DNA of 59,501 nucleotides from Clostridia bacterium (GTDB lineage: Bacteria; Bacillota; Peptococcia; Peptococcales; SKKY01), in assembly GCA_009930175.1 (NCBI GenBank), contig RZYW01000002.1, positions 1 through 59,501 on the forward strand, written 5' to 3'. Each line of letters begins with the position of its first letter. The stretch's first letter is position 1. Below, piece by piece: positions 45,257 to 55,087 of the stretch. Below the pieces are notes generated by a model, which ran no database searches, was not told the origin of the DNA, and worked only from the letters and a program-made list of their open reading frames with translations. The translations under genes were made by a program, and so were the position numbers.

Positions 45257-46537
45257 TTATTTTGGTGGTACTGGTACTGTAGATCCTCCATAAGGAAGAA
45301 CAAGAGTGTCTGTATTATTTTTATGCTTTTCTTTTACAAGCTTCATTGCTGTATCAATATCACTGCAGGGAATAAAGCCCATTGTTTTAATGTCTTTTGG
45401 ATCCATTTTTGAAACCAGATAAACATCTGCCATTTTAGCAGCTTCAATTGCTGCATAAAAAATATATCCGGGAATAGTAAAGGCTTCTCTTAATGCTTCG
45501 TCTAATCTTCCTTCTTTAAAAGGAGTTAAATAATTAAAAAAGGAGTCTGCTCCTGCCCCTTCTAAGCACTCTGCAAGAAAGACCAGAGAACCCCCTGACT
45601 TAAGGCCGTTTACTGCATTAAAAAGGGTCTTACAGGCCTGATAAAGGTTAATGTCTTTAGGGTAGCCGCCGCAACTTGCGATTATTATGTCAGATTTGCT
45701 ATTAACGGGAACAAAGTAATTCTCTTTTATCCATTGTGTACCTTTAAACCAGGCATCATACCAGTGACCGGCAAAAATTCCGGCCAGATTTCCTTCATCA
45801 TTAATAGTTACGTTAATTAAAAATTCAGGATTAAGCAGCTCACAGGCTTCTTTCATATCCTGGTTTAGAGGATTGCTTTCAACTGATCCAAGTCCGATTA
45901 AAGGATTTGAACGAGGAGCATTTGGATCCAGGGCAAGAAGGTGGTTTCTTTGAATTGTTTCATAAGAAGAAATCCCAGGGATGGCACTTTTTCTTCCTCC
46001 TCCAAAACCTGCCATTAGGTGGGGAGTAATTCCTCCCGTTAAGATTACTTTTCGCCCTCTTGTTAATCCGTTTACATATACTTCGTTATTAAATGAAGTT
46101 TTTCCTATTGGAATCATTTCCTGAGTAGCACAGTCATGGTCAATAATTTCAAATCTTTTAAAAATATTTTCTCCAACAAGTAATTTTTTTTCTTCGTCAC
46201 TTTGTTTTCTGTGAGTTCCTGTTGCTGTTAAGAAAGTTATATTCTCATCGGGAACCCCTAAAGTGTTTAATTTATTTACAACAATTGGCAGAAAGGAGGG
46301 GTAATTAATCCATCCTCTTGTAATGTCAGAAATAACTATTAGCACTTTATCATCTTTAGTAAAAATTTCAGAAAAAGGAGGGGAGTTTACTGGATTTTCC
46401 AAAACAAAATTTATTTCATCCTGAATATTTTCTATTTTTTTAACTTCTTTACTGGTAACAGTTCCAGTTAGATTAAGTCCCTCAAGGTTTGCTGTTACTT
46501 TTCCTTTTCCGTATTTCAATAGTACATTTTGATCCAT
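45257..46537 (-). CDS. LarA-family nickel-pincer (NPN) dependent 2-hydroxyacid racemase/epimerase homolog
   Basis: 426 aa that aligns with L. plantarum LarA: SDITRG, TATGTHR (His108 equivalent), PHLMAGFGGGRKSAIPGI (His174/Lys184 equivalents), RNH (His200 equivalent) and GGYPKDINLYQA. Confidence 0.8.
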   Translation of the reverse strand: MDQNVLLKYGKGKVTANLEGLNLTGTVTSKEVKKIENIQDEINFVLENPVNSPPFSEIFTKDDKVLIVISDITRGWINYPSFLPIVVNKLNTLGVPDENITFLTATGTHRKQSDEEKKLLVGENIFKRFEIIDHDCATQEMIPIGKTSFNNEVYVNGLTRGRKVILTGGITPHLMAGFGGGRKSAIPGISSYETIQRNHLLALDPNAPRSNPLIGLGSVESNPLNQDMKEACELLNPEFLINVTINDEGNLAGIFAGHWYDAWFKGTQWIKENYFVPVNSKSDIIIASCGGYPKDINLYQACKTLFNAVNGLKSGGSLVFLAECLEGAGADSFFNYLTPFKEGRLDEALREAFTIPGYIFYAAIEAAKMADVYLVSKMDPKDIKTMGFIPCSDIDTAMKLVKEKHKNNTDTLVLPYGGSTVPVPPK

Positions 46538-46572
46538 TTTTTTCTCCCGCCTTTCTATTTAGTATCATGTAC

Positions 46573-48129
46573 CTAAATTATTTTAGTTGTCCATTCTTCA
46601 AGGTTCCATACTTCTGTAACAATATCTCTGTAAAATTCAGGTTCATGACTGATAAGAAGAATAGTACCCTTATATTCTTTTAAAGCACGCTTAAGTTCTT
46701 CTTTGGCATCTACATCAAGATGATTTGTTGGTTCGTCCAGAACAAGGAAATTAGTTTCTTTGTTAATGAGTTTACATAAGCGGACCTTTGCCTGCTCACC
46801 ACCACTTAGAACCAGAACCTTACTTTCAATGTGTTGTGTGGTCAAACCACATTTTGCAAGAGCTGCCCGAACTTCCTGTTGAGTAAAGTGTGGGAATTCT
46901 TTCCAGACTTCTTCTATACAGGTATTGTAATTTGCATCTTTTATTTCCTGTTCAAAATATCCAGTAAAAAGAAATTCTCCCTTTTCAATTGTACCTGAAA
47001 TTGCAGGAATTTCTCCAAGAATGCTTTTTAAAAGTGTTGTTTTTCCTAATCCATTTGCTCCGGTGATAGCTACTTTTTGGTTTCTTTCAAGTAACAGGTT
47101 CATTGGGCGGCAAAGGGGTTCTTCATAACCAATAACAAGGTCTTTAACTTCGAAAACAAGTTTTCCCGATGCCCTTGAAGTTTTAAAATTAAATTCTGGT
47201 TTTGGCTTTTCCCGTGCAAGTTCAATAATTTCCATTTTATCCAGCTTTTTTTGTCTGGACATTGCCATGTTTCTTGTAGAAACTCGAGCCTTATTTCTTT
47301 GAACAAAGTCTTCTAGCTCGGCAATTTCATTTTGTTGCTGCTTATAAGCTGCTTCAAGCTGTTTTTTCTTTGCTTCATAAATTCGCATGAAGTTGTCATA
47401 ATCTCCAACATATCTGTTTAGCTCTCTGTTACCCATATGGTAAATAAGGTTTACTACGCTGTTTAAGAAGGGGATATCATGGGAAATAAGAATAAAAGCA
47501 TTTTCATATTCCTGAAGATATCTTCTAAGCCATTCAATATGTTCTTCGTCCAGATAGTTTGTAGGCTCATCAAGAAGAAGAATATCAGGCTTTTCTAAAA
47601 GAAGTTTAGCTAAAAGTACCTTTGTACGCTGACCACCGCTAAGACTGTCTACTTCTTTTTCCAAACCAACTTCTGTTAATCCTAAACCTTTGGCAACTTC
47701 GTTTACTTTACCATCAATTATATAAAAGTCATTGTGATTTAAAATATCCTGAATATTACCAACATCTTCCATAAGAACATCAAGTTCTTCTGGGTCAACA
47801 TCACCCATTTTCATATAAAGGTTGTTCATTTCTTCTTCAAGTTCAAAAAGATATTTGAAAGCAGTTTCCAAAACATCTTTAATTGTCTGGCCTTTTTCCA
47901 GTGCAGTATGCTGATCAAGATAGCCTACACGAACCCTTTTAGACCATTCAACCTGGCCTTCATCGGGCTCAAGTTTGTGGGTAATTATATTCATGAAGGT
48001 TGATTTACCTTCACCATTGGCTCCAATTAATCCAATATGTTCACCTTTAAGAAGACGAAAAGAAACATTTTCAAATATTGCACGGTCACCAAAGCCGTGA
48101 CTTAAATTTTTCACATTTAAAATACTCAT
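46573..48129 (-). CDS. ABC-F family ATPase (518 aa, short form)
   Basis: [28 protein letters not shown] and [28 protein letters not shown]. The linker contains FVQRNKARVSTRNMAMSRQKKLDKM. Confidence 0.9.
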   Translation of the reverse strand: MSILNVKNLSHGFGDRAIFENVSFRLLKGEHIGLIGANGEGKSTFMNIITHKLEPDEGQVEWSKRVRVGYLDQHTALEKGQTIKDVLETAFKYLFELEEEMNNLYMKMGDVDPEELDVLMEDVGNIQDILNHNDFYIIDGKVNEVAKGLGLTEVGLEKEVDSLSGGQRTKVLLAKLLLEKPDILLLDEPTNYLDEEHIEWLRRYLQEYENAFILISHDIPFLNSVVNLIYHMGNRELNRYVGDYDNFMRIYEAKKKQLEAAYKQQQNEIAELEDFVQRNKARVSTRNMAMSRQKKLDKMEIIELAREKPKPEFNFKTSRASGKLVFEVKDLVIGYEEPLCRPMNLLLERNQKVAITGANGLGKTTLLKSILGEIPAISGTIEKGEFLFTGYFEQEIKDANYNTCIEEVWKEFPHFTQQEVRAALAKCGLTTQHIESKVLVLSGGEQAKVRLCKLINKETNFLVLDEPTNHLDVDAKEELKRALKEYKGTILLISHEPEFYRDIVTEVWNLEEWTTKII

Positions 48130-48268
48130 TTAAAACCCTTTCCTTATATAAGAATATCCTTAATATTATATGTAAAATAAGGAAAAAAAGCAAAAAATCT
48201 TATATTTGTTTTAAAGAAAGTTTAAAAGTGTATAAATTATTTATAATAATTATAAAGGGGGATGTTTT

Positions 48269-48673
48269 ATGGCAAAGCTTACTGTAATTGAGGGAATTGG
48301 CGAGGCTTATGAAGTTAAACTTAAGGAAGCAGGAATTGGCTCTATAGAAAAACTTCTAGCAGCTTGCACAACAAAAAAAGGAAGAAAAGATTTAGCTGAA
48401 AAAGCGGAGGTTTCAGAAAAATTAATTTTAAAATGGGCTAATCATGCTGACTTAATAAGAATAAAAGGAATTGGCGGGGAATATGCTGAACTTTTAGAGG
48501 CTGCTGGAGTAGATACAGTTCCAGAACTTTCCAACAGAAGAGCCGATAATCTTACAGCTAAAATGGCAGAAGTTAATGCAAAGAAAAAGCTTGTCAGGAA
48601 ACTTCCTACAGAAAAAATGGTAAAAGACTGGATTGACCAGGCTGGAAAATTAGATAGAGTATTAAATTATTAA
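48269..48673 (+). CDS. DUF4332 domain protein (tandem helix-hairpin-helix-like)
   Basis: 134 aa with the repeated pattern IEGIGEAYEVKLKEAGI and IKGIGGEYAELLEAAGV. Family assigned from memory. Confidence 0.6.
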   Translation: MAKLTVIEGIGEAYEVKLKEAGIGSIEKLLAACTTKKGRKDLAEKAEVSEKLILKWANHADLIRIKGIGGEYAELLEAAGVDTVPELSNRRADNLTAKMAEVNAKKKLVRKLPTEKMVKDWIDQAGKLDRVLNY

Positions 48674-48688
48674 AAATAAAATACAATC

Positions 48689-48730
48689 AGGACTGAGATG
48701 AAGGTTATTCATCCCGGTCCTTTATTTATT
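48689..48730 (+). terminator. Rho-independent terminator after the DUF4332 gene
   Basis: ~14-bp stem, AGGACTGAGATGAA pairing with TTCATCCCGGTCCT (one mismatch, one G-U), followed by TTTATTTATTT. Confidence 0.7.
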
Positions 48731-48782
48731 TAGTTGAAAAACATGGTATTATTAAGGTAATGAAAAAAATGGAGGGATTTTT

Positions 48783-50561
48783 GTGCATCTTCTCACTGCT
48801 GAAAATATTACAAAAGCATACAGTGAAAAGCCTTTGTTAAAAGACATTACATTAAATATTAATGTTGGAGATAAAATAGGTCTTATTGGGGTTAATGGAA
48901 CTGGCAAATCAACGCTTTTAAAAATTATTGCAGGGGCTGAAACTAGTGATTCTGGTGATATAAAGACAAGCAATAAAACAATAATTGAATATTTGCCTCA
49001 GGATCCTGATTTTTCTGATGATGGAATAGTATTTGAGGAAGTGTTTTTTAAAAGTGTGCCCAGAGAAAATGAGGAAGAGGAATGGATGCATGAGGTAAAG
49101 GTTAAGACTATTCTTTCCAAACTTGGAATTGAAAATCTTACTGGAAAAATTTCACATCTTTCCGGAGGTCAGAAAAAGAGAATAGCCCTAGCCAGAGTGC
49201 TTATTAATGAATGTGACCTTTTAATTTTAGATGAACCTACAAACCATTTGGATAATGAAACAATCCAGTGGCTTGAAAAATATTTAAATAACAGAAAAGG
49301 CTCTTTATTAATGGTTACTCATGACAGATATTTTCTGGAAAGAGTATGTAACAGAATTGCGGAGATAGATTTTGGTAAGATATATAACTATGAAGGAAAT
49401 TATGAAAAGTTTCTTGAACTAAAGGCTGATCGGGAAGAACGGGAAAGAAATACAGAAAGAAAAAGGCAAAGTGTTTTAAGAAAAGAACTTGCCTGGATTC
49501 AGCGGGGAGCAAGAGCAAGAAGCACTAAACAAAAAGCCCGAATTGAAAGATATGAGGATTTAAAGGTTCGTAAGGCTCCTGAGGAACTTGATAAAGTTAA
49601 TATAAAAGCAGGAGCATCTCGTCTTGGCAAAAAAACTATTGAACTTGAAAATATATCCAAGAGTTATGGAGAAAATAAGCTTGTAGATAATTTTAGTTAT
49701 ATTCTAAGCAGAGATGACAGAATTGGAATTATTGGGCCAAATGGTATTGGGAAATCTACTTTGCTTAATATTATCTCTGGAAAAATTGAACCAGACAAAG
49801 GGGAAGTAATTACTGGAGAAACGGTAAAAGTTGGTTACTTTGGACAGGGAAATGCTGAAATGAATGAAAATCTTAAGGTAATTGAGTATATTAGGGAGAT
49901 TGCAGAATATCTTCCAACGCCAGATGGATTGGTTAGTGCATCACAAATGCTGGAAGAATTTTTATTTCCTCCTTCAGTTCAATGGACCCCAATCTCAAAA
50001 CTTTCTGGTGGAGAAAAGAGACGCCTCTATCTTCTAAGGGTATTAATGGGAGCTCCTAATATTATTTTACTAGATGAACCTACAAACGATTTAGATATTC
50101 AAACTCTTACAATTCTTGAAGCTTATCTTGAAGATTTTCCAGGGGCAGTAATTGCAGTTTCCCATGACAGATACTTTGTTGACAGGATTACAGAAAAGGT
50201 TTTTGCTTTTAAAGGAGCAGGAGAAATAGAAATTTACTATGGAAATTATTCTGAGTATTTGGAAGAAAAAGAAGAAAAAGAAATAAAAATCAAAAAAGAA
50301 GAAGCAAAAGAAAAAACCTTAAATGAAAGAAAAAAGACATCGAAGCTGACATATATGGAACAAAAAGAATTTGAGGAAATTGATGATAAAATAATAACCT
50401 TAGAAGAAGAGATAAAACAGCTGGAAGTAAAGATAAATGAAGCAGCTAAAGACTATGAAGCACTAAAAGAACTTCTTAAAAAGAAAGAACAGTTAGATAA
50501 TAAATTAAATGAGACAATGGACAGATGGGTATATCTCACTGAAAAAGGAGAATATAATTAA
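48783..50561 (+). CDS. ABC-F family ATPase with a C-terminal coiled-coil (Uup-like architecture)
   Basis: [28 protein letters not shown] and GPNGIGKST/LSGGEKRR/ILLDEPTNDLD, with a Lys/Glu-rich helical tail. GTG start after GGAGGGA. Confidence 0.9.
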   Translation: MHLLTAENITKAYSEKPLLKDITLNINVGDKIGLIGVNGTGKSTLLKIIAGAETSDSGDIKTSNKTIIEYLPQDPDFSDDGIVFEEVFFKSVPRENEEEEWMHEVKVKTILSKLGIENLTGKISHLSGGQKKRIALARVLINECDLLILDEPTNHLDNETIQWLEKYLNNRKGSLLMVTHDRYFLERVCNRIAEIDFGKIYNYEGNYEKFLELKADREERERNTERKRQSVLRKELAWIQRGARARSTKQKARIERYEDLKVRKAPEELDKVNIKAGASRLGKKTIELENISKSYGENKLVDNFSYILSRDDRIGIIGPNGIGKSTLLNIISGKIEPDKGEVITGETVKVGYFGQGNAEMNENLKVIEYIREIAEYLPTPDGLVSASQMLEEFLFPPSVQWTPISKLSGGEKRRLYLLRVLMGAPNIILLDEPTNDLDIQTLTILEAYLEDFPGAVIAVSHDRYFVDRITEKVFAFKGAGEIEIYYGNYSEYLEEKEEKEIKIKKEEAKEKTLNERKKTSKLTYMEQKEFEEIDDKIITLEEEIKQLEVKINEAAKDYEALKELLKKKEQLDNKLNETMDRWVYLTEKGEYN

Positions 50562-51715
50562 TGAAAGAATTATTTAGTAAATATAATATTGACCAGTCTG
50601 TTGCCCAGGCTTTAGAAAAAGAAAAAATTACAACACCAACCATGGTTCAGTCTAAAGTGATTCCAGAGGCTTTAAACAACAAAGACCTTATTGTGCAGTC
50701 AGAAACGGGTTCAGGAAAAACTTTTGCATATCTTATTCCACTATTTAAAAAAATTGATCTTGGAAAAAGAGAAATGCAAGGAATTATTTTAGCTCCCACT
50801 CACGAGCTTGCCATTCAGGTACAGCGCCAGATTGAAATTTTAAGTACAGGGTCAGATATTAAAATGAACTCTGCATTAATTTTAGGTAACGTAAATATTC
50901 AGCGTCAAATTGAAAAACTTAGAGAAAAACCACAACTTATAGTTGGTTCTCCAGGAAGAATCCTTGAGCTGATAAAAAAGAAAAAAATAAATCCTCAGAC
51001 TATAAAAACAATAGTGATTGATGAAGTTGACCGTTTGATGGATATTAATAATTATCAGATGATAAAAGATATTGTAAAAACTACACAAAAGGACAGACAA
51101 CTGCTTGTGTTTTCCGCATCGGTTACCAAGGATACAGAAATAAAGGCAAAAGAGTTAATGAATGACCCAGTATTTATTAAGGCAAGTGAAAGTAATTCTG
51201 TACCAGAAACTATTGAGCATTACTATTTTCAGGTAGAATTAAGAGAAAAGATTGAAACACTGAGAAAAGTAATAAGAATTGTGAATCCAGAGAAAGCAAT
51301 TGTCTTTATTGGAGAAAGAGAAGAAGCAGATGTTTGTGCCTCCAAGCTTGGCTATCACAAATTGGTTGCAGAGGCAATTCACGGTCAGAATGATAAAATG
51401 GAAAGAAAAAGAATTATGGAAAACTTTAAAAAAGGAAAAACACAGATACTCGTTGCTTCTGACCTGGCAGCCAGAGGTTTGGATATACAGGGTGTGACTC
51501 ATATATTTAATCTTAACATTCCAAGAGTATCTCAAAATTATCTTCACCGGGCTGGCAGAACTGGCAGAAAAGGTGAAAAAGGAATATGTATCTCAATAGT
51601 TACAGAGAAAGAAAAGGAATATATAAAATTATATGAAAAAGAGCTTAAAATAAAAGTTCAGCCAAAGGGAATGTTTAAAGGGAAGATTACAGATATAAAA
51701 GAAAGGAATGATTAA
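50561..51715 (+). CDS. Minimal DEAD-box RNA helicase, YfmL-like
   Basis: 384 aa with [16 protein letters not shown], motif II as DEVD, SAS and [20 protein letters not shown]...[20 protein letters not shown] parallels B. subtilis YfmL. The start overlaps the upstream stop (TAATG). Confidence 0.88.
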   Translation: MKELFSKYNIDQSVAQALEKEKITTPTMVQSKVIPEALNNKDLIVQSETGSGKTFAYLIPLFKKIDLGKREMQGIILAPTHELAIQVQRQIEILSTGSDIKMNSALILGNVNIQRQIEKLREKPQLIVGSPGRILELIKKKKINPQTIKTIVIDEVDRLMDINNYQMIKDIVKTTQKDRQLLVFSASVTKDTEIKAKELMNDPVFIKASESNSVPETIEHYYFQVELREKIETLRKVIRIVNPEKAIVFIGEREEADVCASKLGYHKLVAEAIHGQNDKMERKRIMENFKKGKTQILVASDLAARGLDIQGVTHIFNLNIPRVSQNYLHRAGRTGRKGEKGICISIVTEKEKEYIKLYEKELKIKVQPKGMFKGKITDIKERND

Positions 51716-51717
51716 TT

Positions 51718-53220
51718 ATGTATTATGATGGGAAATTATGGATAGGGCAAAGTGACAAGTCATGTTTTTTACTTCCTAAAATGGCAAATCGCCATGGGTT
51801 AATTGCCGGTGCCACAGGAACAGGTAAAACAGTTACTCTTAAAATAATGGCGGAATCCTTTAGCGAAATGGGTGTTCCCGTATTTTTGGCAGATATAAAA
51901 GGAGATTTAGCCAGTCTTGCTACACCTGGTAGTGAAAACCCAAAAATGATTGAAAGAATAGAAACCATCGGGATTGACAATTTTACATATAAATCATTCC
52001 CAGTTCAGTTCTGGGATCTTTTTGGTGAGGGCGGACACAGGGTCAGAACTACTGTAAGTGAAATGGGAGCGCTTTTATTATCAAGAATTCTGGGACTTAA
52101 TGATACCCAGACTGGTGTACTGAATATAGTTTTTCGTGTTGCCGATGAAAATGGCATGATGCTTCTTGATTTTAAAGATCTTAGGGCAATGATTCAGCAT
52201 GTTGGTGAAAATGCAAAAGAATATACATTGCAGTACGGAAATATCTCATCTCAGAGTGTAGGAGCTATTTTAAGAAGCCTCCTTGCTTTGGAAGATCAGG
52301 GAGCAGAGCACTTTTTTGGAGAACCAGAACTTGATTTTTATGACATGATGAGAGTATCTCCAGAAGGAAAAGGATATATTAATATTCTTCATTCTGTAAA
52401 ATTGTTCCAAAGCCCAGTGCTATATTCAACTTTCCTTTTATGGATGTTGTCTGAATTGTTTGAAACTCTCCCGGAAACAGGAGATCTAGAAAAACCAAGG
52501 ATGGTATTTTTCTTTGATGAAGCTCATTTAGTTTTTGATGACGCTCCAAAAATTCTTATGGATAAAATTGAGCAGGTTGTAAGATTAATTCGCTCTAAAG
52601 GTGTGGGTGTATATTTCGTAACTCAAAATCCAATGGATCTCCCCAGCGAAGTATTAGGACAGTTGGGTAACCGGGTACAGCACGCTCTTAGAGGATTTAC
52701 ACCAGTAGATATTAAAAAAATTAAAGCAGCCGCAGATACTTTCAGACAAAATCCTGAGCTTGATACTGTTGAAGCAATTACAGATTTAAAAACAGGGGAA
52801 GCTTTAGTTTCTTTTCTTGATGAAGAGGGAAGACCAGGAATGGTTGAAAGAGCTTTGATTTTACCTCCTCAAAGCAAGTTTGGAACTATTGAAGATGAAT
52901 TAAGATTTAAAATTATGAATGAGTCTCTGCTTAAAGGGAAATATGACAGGGAAATAGACAGAGAATCTGCTTATGAATTGATCCATGAAAAACTAATTCG
53001 CGACGAAGAAAGAAGAAAAGAAGAGGAAGAAAGAATTGCTGCACAAAAAGAAGCTTTAGCCGCTGAAAAAGCAGCAGCTGCAGCAAAGAAAAAAACTACT
53101 TCAAGAAGCTATCAAAGGCAAACTCCTGTAGAAAAAGCTACCAATGCTGTTATGAGTACAATTGGAAGAGAAGTGGGAAGAACCTTAATCAGAGGTATTT
53201 TGGGGTCATTAAAAAGATGA
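51718..53220 (+). CDS. DUF853 / YjgR-like HerA-FtsK-superfamily P-loop ATPase
   Basis: 500 aa. [45 protein letters not shown] is nearly identical in pattern to E. coli YjgR, with Walker B FFFDEAH. The C-terminus has a charged/Ala-rich tail plus an amphipathic end. Confidence 0.85.
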   Translation: MYYDGKLWIGQSDKSCFLLPKMANRHGLIAGATGTGKTVTLKIMAESFSEMGVPVFLADIKGDLASLATPGSENPKMIERIETIGIDNFTYKSFPVQFWDLFGEGGHRVRTTVSEMGALLLSRILGLNDTQTGVLNIVFRVADENGMMLLDFKDLRAMIQHVGENAKEYTLQYGNISSQSVGAILRSLLALEDQGAEHFFGEPELDFYDMMRVSPEGKGYINILHSVKLFQSPVLYSTFLLWMLSELFETLPETGDLEKPRMVFFFDEAHLVFDDAPKILMDKIEQVVRLIRSKGVGVYFVTQNPMDLPSEVLGQLGNRVQHALRGFTPVDIKKIKAAADTFRQNPELDTVEAITDLKTGEALVSFLDEEGRPGMVERALILPPQSKFGTIEDELRFKIMNESLLKGKYDREIDRESAYELIHEKLIRDEERRKEEEERIAAQKEALAAEKAAAAAKKKTTSRSYQRQTPVEKATNAVMSTIGREVGRTLIRGILGSLKR

Positions 53221-54683
53221 CAAATACAAATGTGCAATTTTCGGATTTTCCTTTAGATAAAGAAATATTAAAGGCACTGGACTTATTGGGATATAAAAAA
53301 CCTGCAAAAGTTCAGGAAGAATTAATTCCCCTTATTCTTAGAGGAAAAGACTGTATAGTCAAATCAAAAACTGGAAGTGGTAAAACAGCAGCCTTCGCTA
53401 TTCCTTTATGTCAATTGATTGACTGGGATGAAAATAAGCCTCAGGCTCTGGTTCTTACCCCAACAAGGGAACTTGCTGTTCAGGTTCAGGAAGAAATTTT
53501 TAATATTGGCCGTTTAAAAAGAATTAAAGTTGCTTCAGTATTTGGAAAATCATCCTTCCGCCATCAAGAAAAAGAGTTGAAGCAAAAAACTCATGTGGTG
53601 GTTGGTACCCCAGGTAGAATTATTGATCACTTAGACAGAGAAACCCTGGATGTTTCAATGATTAAGTACCTGGTAATAGACGAAGCAGATGAAATGCTGG
53701 ATATGGGATTCATTGAACAAATTGAAGATATTATTTCTTTTTTACCTGACAACAGAATAAATATTCTCCTTTCTGCAACCGTTTCTGAAGAAGTAAGAGA
53801 ACTCTGCGATGCCTATTTGAATAATCCTGAATACGTTGAAACAGAAGAAAAAGCTGGAAATATTGGTATTATAAAACAGGTATATTATAAAACTGATGAG
53901 GATGATGATAAGAATGATGTTTTGCTTAAAATTCTTATAAAAGAAAATCCTGATACAGGAATTATTTTTTGCGGTATGAGAGCAAAGGTAGAAGATGTTT
54001 ATGCCTTCTTGAAAAAAGAGGGAATCCCCTGCGGAAAAATTCATGGTGATTTAGAACAGGATGACCGTCTTAAAGTAATGAGAAACTTTAAGAAAGGTAA
54101 GTTTCCATTTCTTGTTGCTACAGATGTTGCTGCCAGAGGTATTGATGTAGATAATATTTCCCTTGTTATAAACTATGATTTCCCAAGAGATAAGGAAAGT
54201 TATGTTCACAGAATAGGCAGAACTGGAAGAATAGGCAAAGATGGAAAAGCTGTTAGTATTCTTACATCGGGAGATCAAAAATATTTTAAGCAGGTTCAAA
54301 AAATATTCACGGAAGAACTTCAGGAAGAAAGTATCCCAACAATTGAAGAAGTTGAAGGATTAAAGACAGGCTTTTTCGAAAAAGCATCAAGAAAACCGGA
54401 AGTTAAAGAATCAAAAGATAAGAATCTGGTTAAAAATATTATGAAAATACACATTAATGCAGGTAAGAAAACAAAAATGAGAGCCGTTGATGTTGTAGGA
54501 ACTTTATGTAATATTGAAGGAATAACTGCAGAGGATATTGGAGTAATTAATATTCTCGATGTATCTACTTTTGTTGAAATATTGAACGGCAAAGGTGAAC
54601 ATGTACTTAAAGTTCTCCAAACAAAACCGGTAAAGGGAAGAATTAGAAAAGTTAAAGAAGAAAAAGAGGAGGAAGGAAGATAA
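53217..54683 (+). CDS. dbpA: DEAD-box RNA helicase DbpA/YxiN type (23S rRNA hairpin-92 binding C-terminal RBD)
   Basis: [25 protein letters not shown] and HRIGRTGR. The C-terminal domain [48 protein letters not shown] aligns with the YxiN RBD. ATGA overlap with the upstream gene. Confidence 0.9.
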   Translation: MTNTNVQFSDFPLDKEILKALDLLGYKKPAKVQEELIPLILRGKDCIVKSKTGSGKTAAFAIPLCQLIDWDENKPQALVLTPTRELAVQVQEEIFNIGRLKRIKVASVFGKSSFRHQEKELKQKTHVVVGTPGRIIDHLDRETLDVSMIKYLVIDEADEMLDMGFIEQIEDIISFLPDNRINILLSATVSEEVRELCDAYLNNPEYVETEEKAGNIGIIKQVYYKTDEDDDKNDVLLKILIKENPDTGIIFCGMRAKVEDVYAFLKKEGIPCGKIHGDLEQDDRLKVMRNFKKGKFPFLVATDVAARGIDVDNISLVINYDFPRDKESYVHRIGRTGRIGKDGKAVSILTSGDQKYFKQVQKIFTEELQEESIPTIEEVEGLKTGFFEKASRKPEVKESKDKNLVKNIMKIHINAGKKTKMRAVDVVGTLCNIEGITAEDIGVINILDVSTFVEILNGKGEHVLKVLQTKPVKGRIRKVKEEKEEEGR

Positions 54684-55073
54684 ATGATTAAAGTTTATGT
54701 AGCAGGAATCTCTACCAACCAAGAGGGAGAAGAAATAGAAATTCGATATAGTCTTTTCAAAGATGGAGAGAACCTTGCTCAGGTGAAAAAATACCAAGAA
54801 TATAGAAAGCCTTATCTGGTTACTCACTTTGCACTTCTTGCTCTTTTAAAAGATTTAAAAAAGTATCCTAAAGAAGAAACGGAAATAATAATTTTTGATC
54901 CTTCTCTTTATGAACAGCTAAGAGGAACATCTACTTCAAGAAACAATGAGGCTTTAAAGCTGGCCTCAAGAATAAAAGGAGAGTTAGAGAAATTTGATTA
55001 TCCTGTGAATATCCATGATGTTACAGGAAAAGGACAAGAAAAACTGGAATGGAATAAAGTACTTGAATTCTAA
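54684..55073 (+). CDS. Hypothetical 129-aa protein, RNase H-like (RVT_3-type) fold with degenerate catalytic residues
   Basis: Strong RBS (GAGGAGGAAGG), and the ATG directly abuts the dbpA stop. The pattern IKVYVAG...THFALLALLKDL...IIIFDPSLYEQLRG mirrors the RNase HI-like layout (DG...AE..A...L...DS..v..q..G), but the first Asp and the Glu are replaced. Confidence 0.5.
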   Translation: MIKVYVAGISTNQEGEEIEIRYSLFKDGENLAQVKKYQEYRKPYLVTHFALLALLKDLKKYPKEETEIIIFDPSLYEQLRGTSTSRNNEALKLASRIKGELEKFDYPVNIHDVTGKGQEKLEWNKVLEF

Positions 55074-55087
55074 GTGATTTAATTTTA

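Noticed and set aside
48734-48762. A candidate promoter for the five-gene operon (TTGAAA-16-GGTAAT).
   Set aside because: The -35 is good, but the best -10 match is weak (4/6) with a 16-nt spacer. Evidence is insufficient to list it as a feature.
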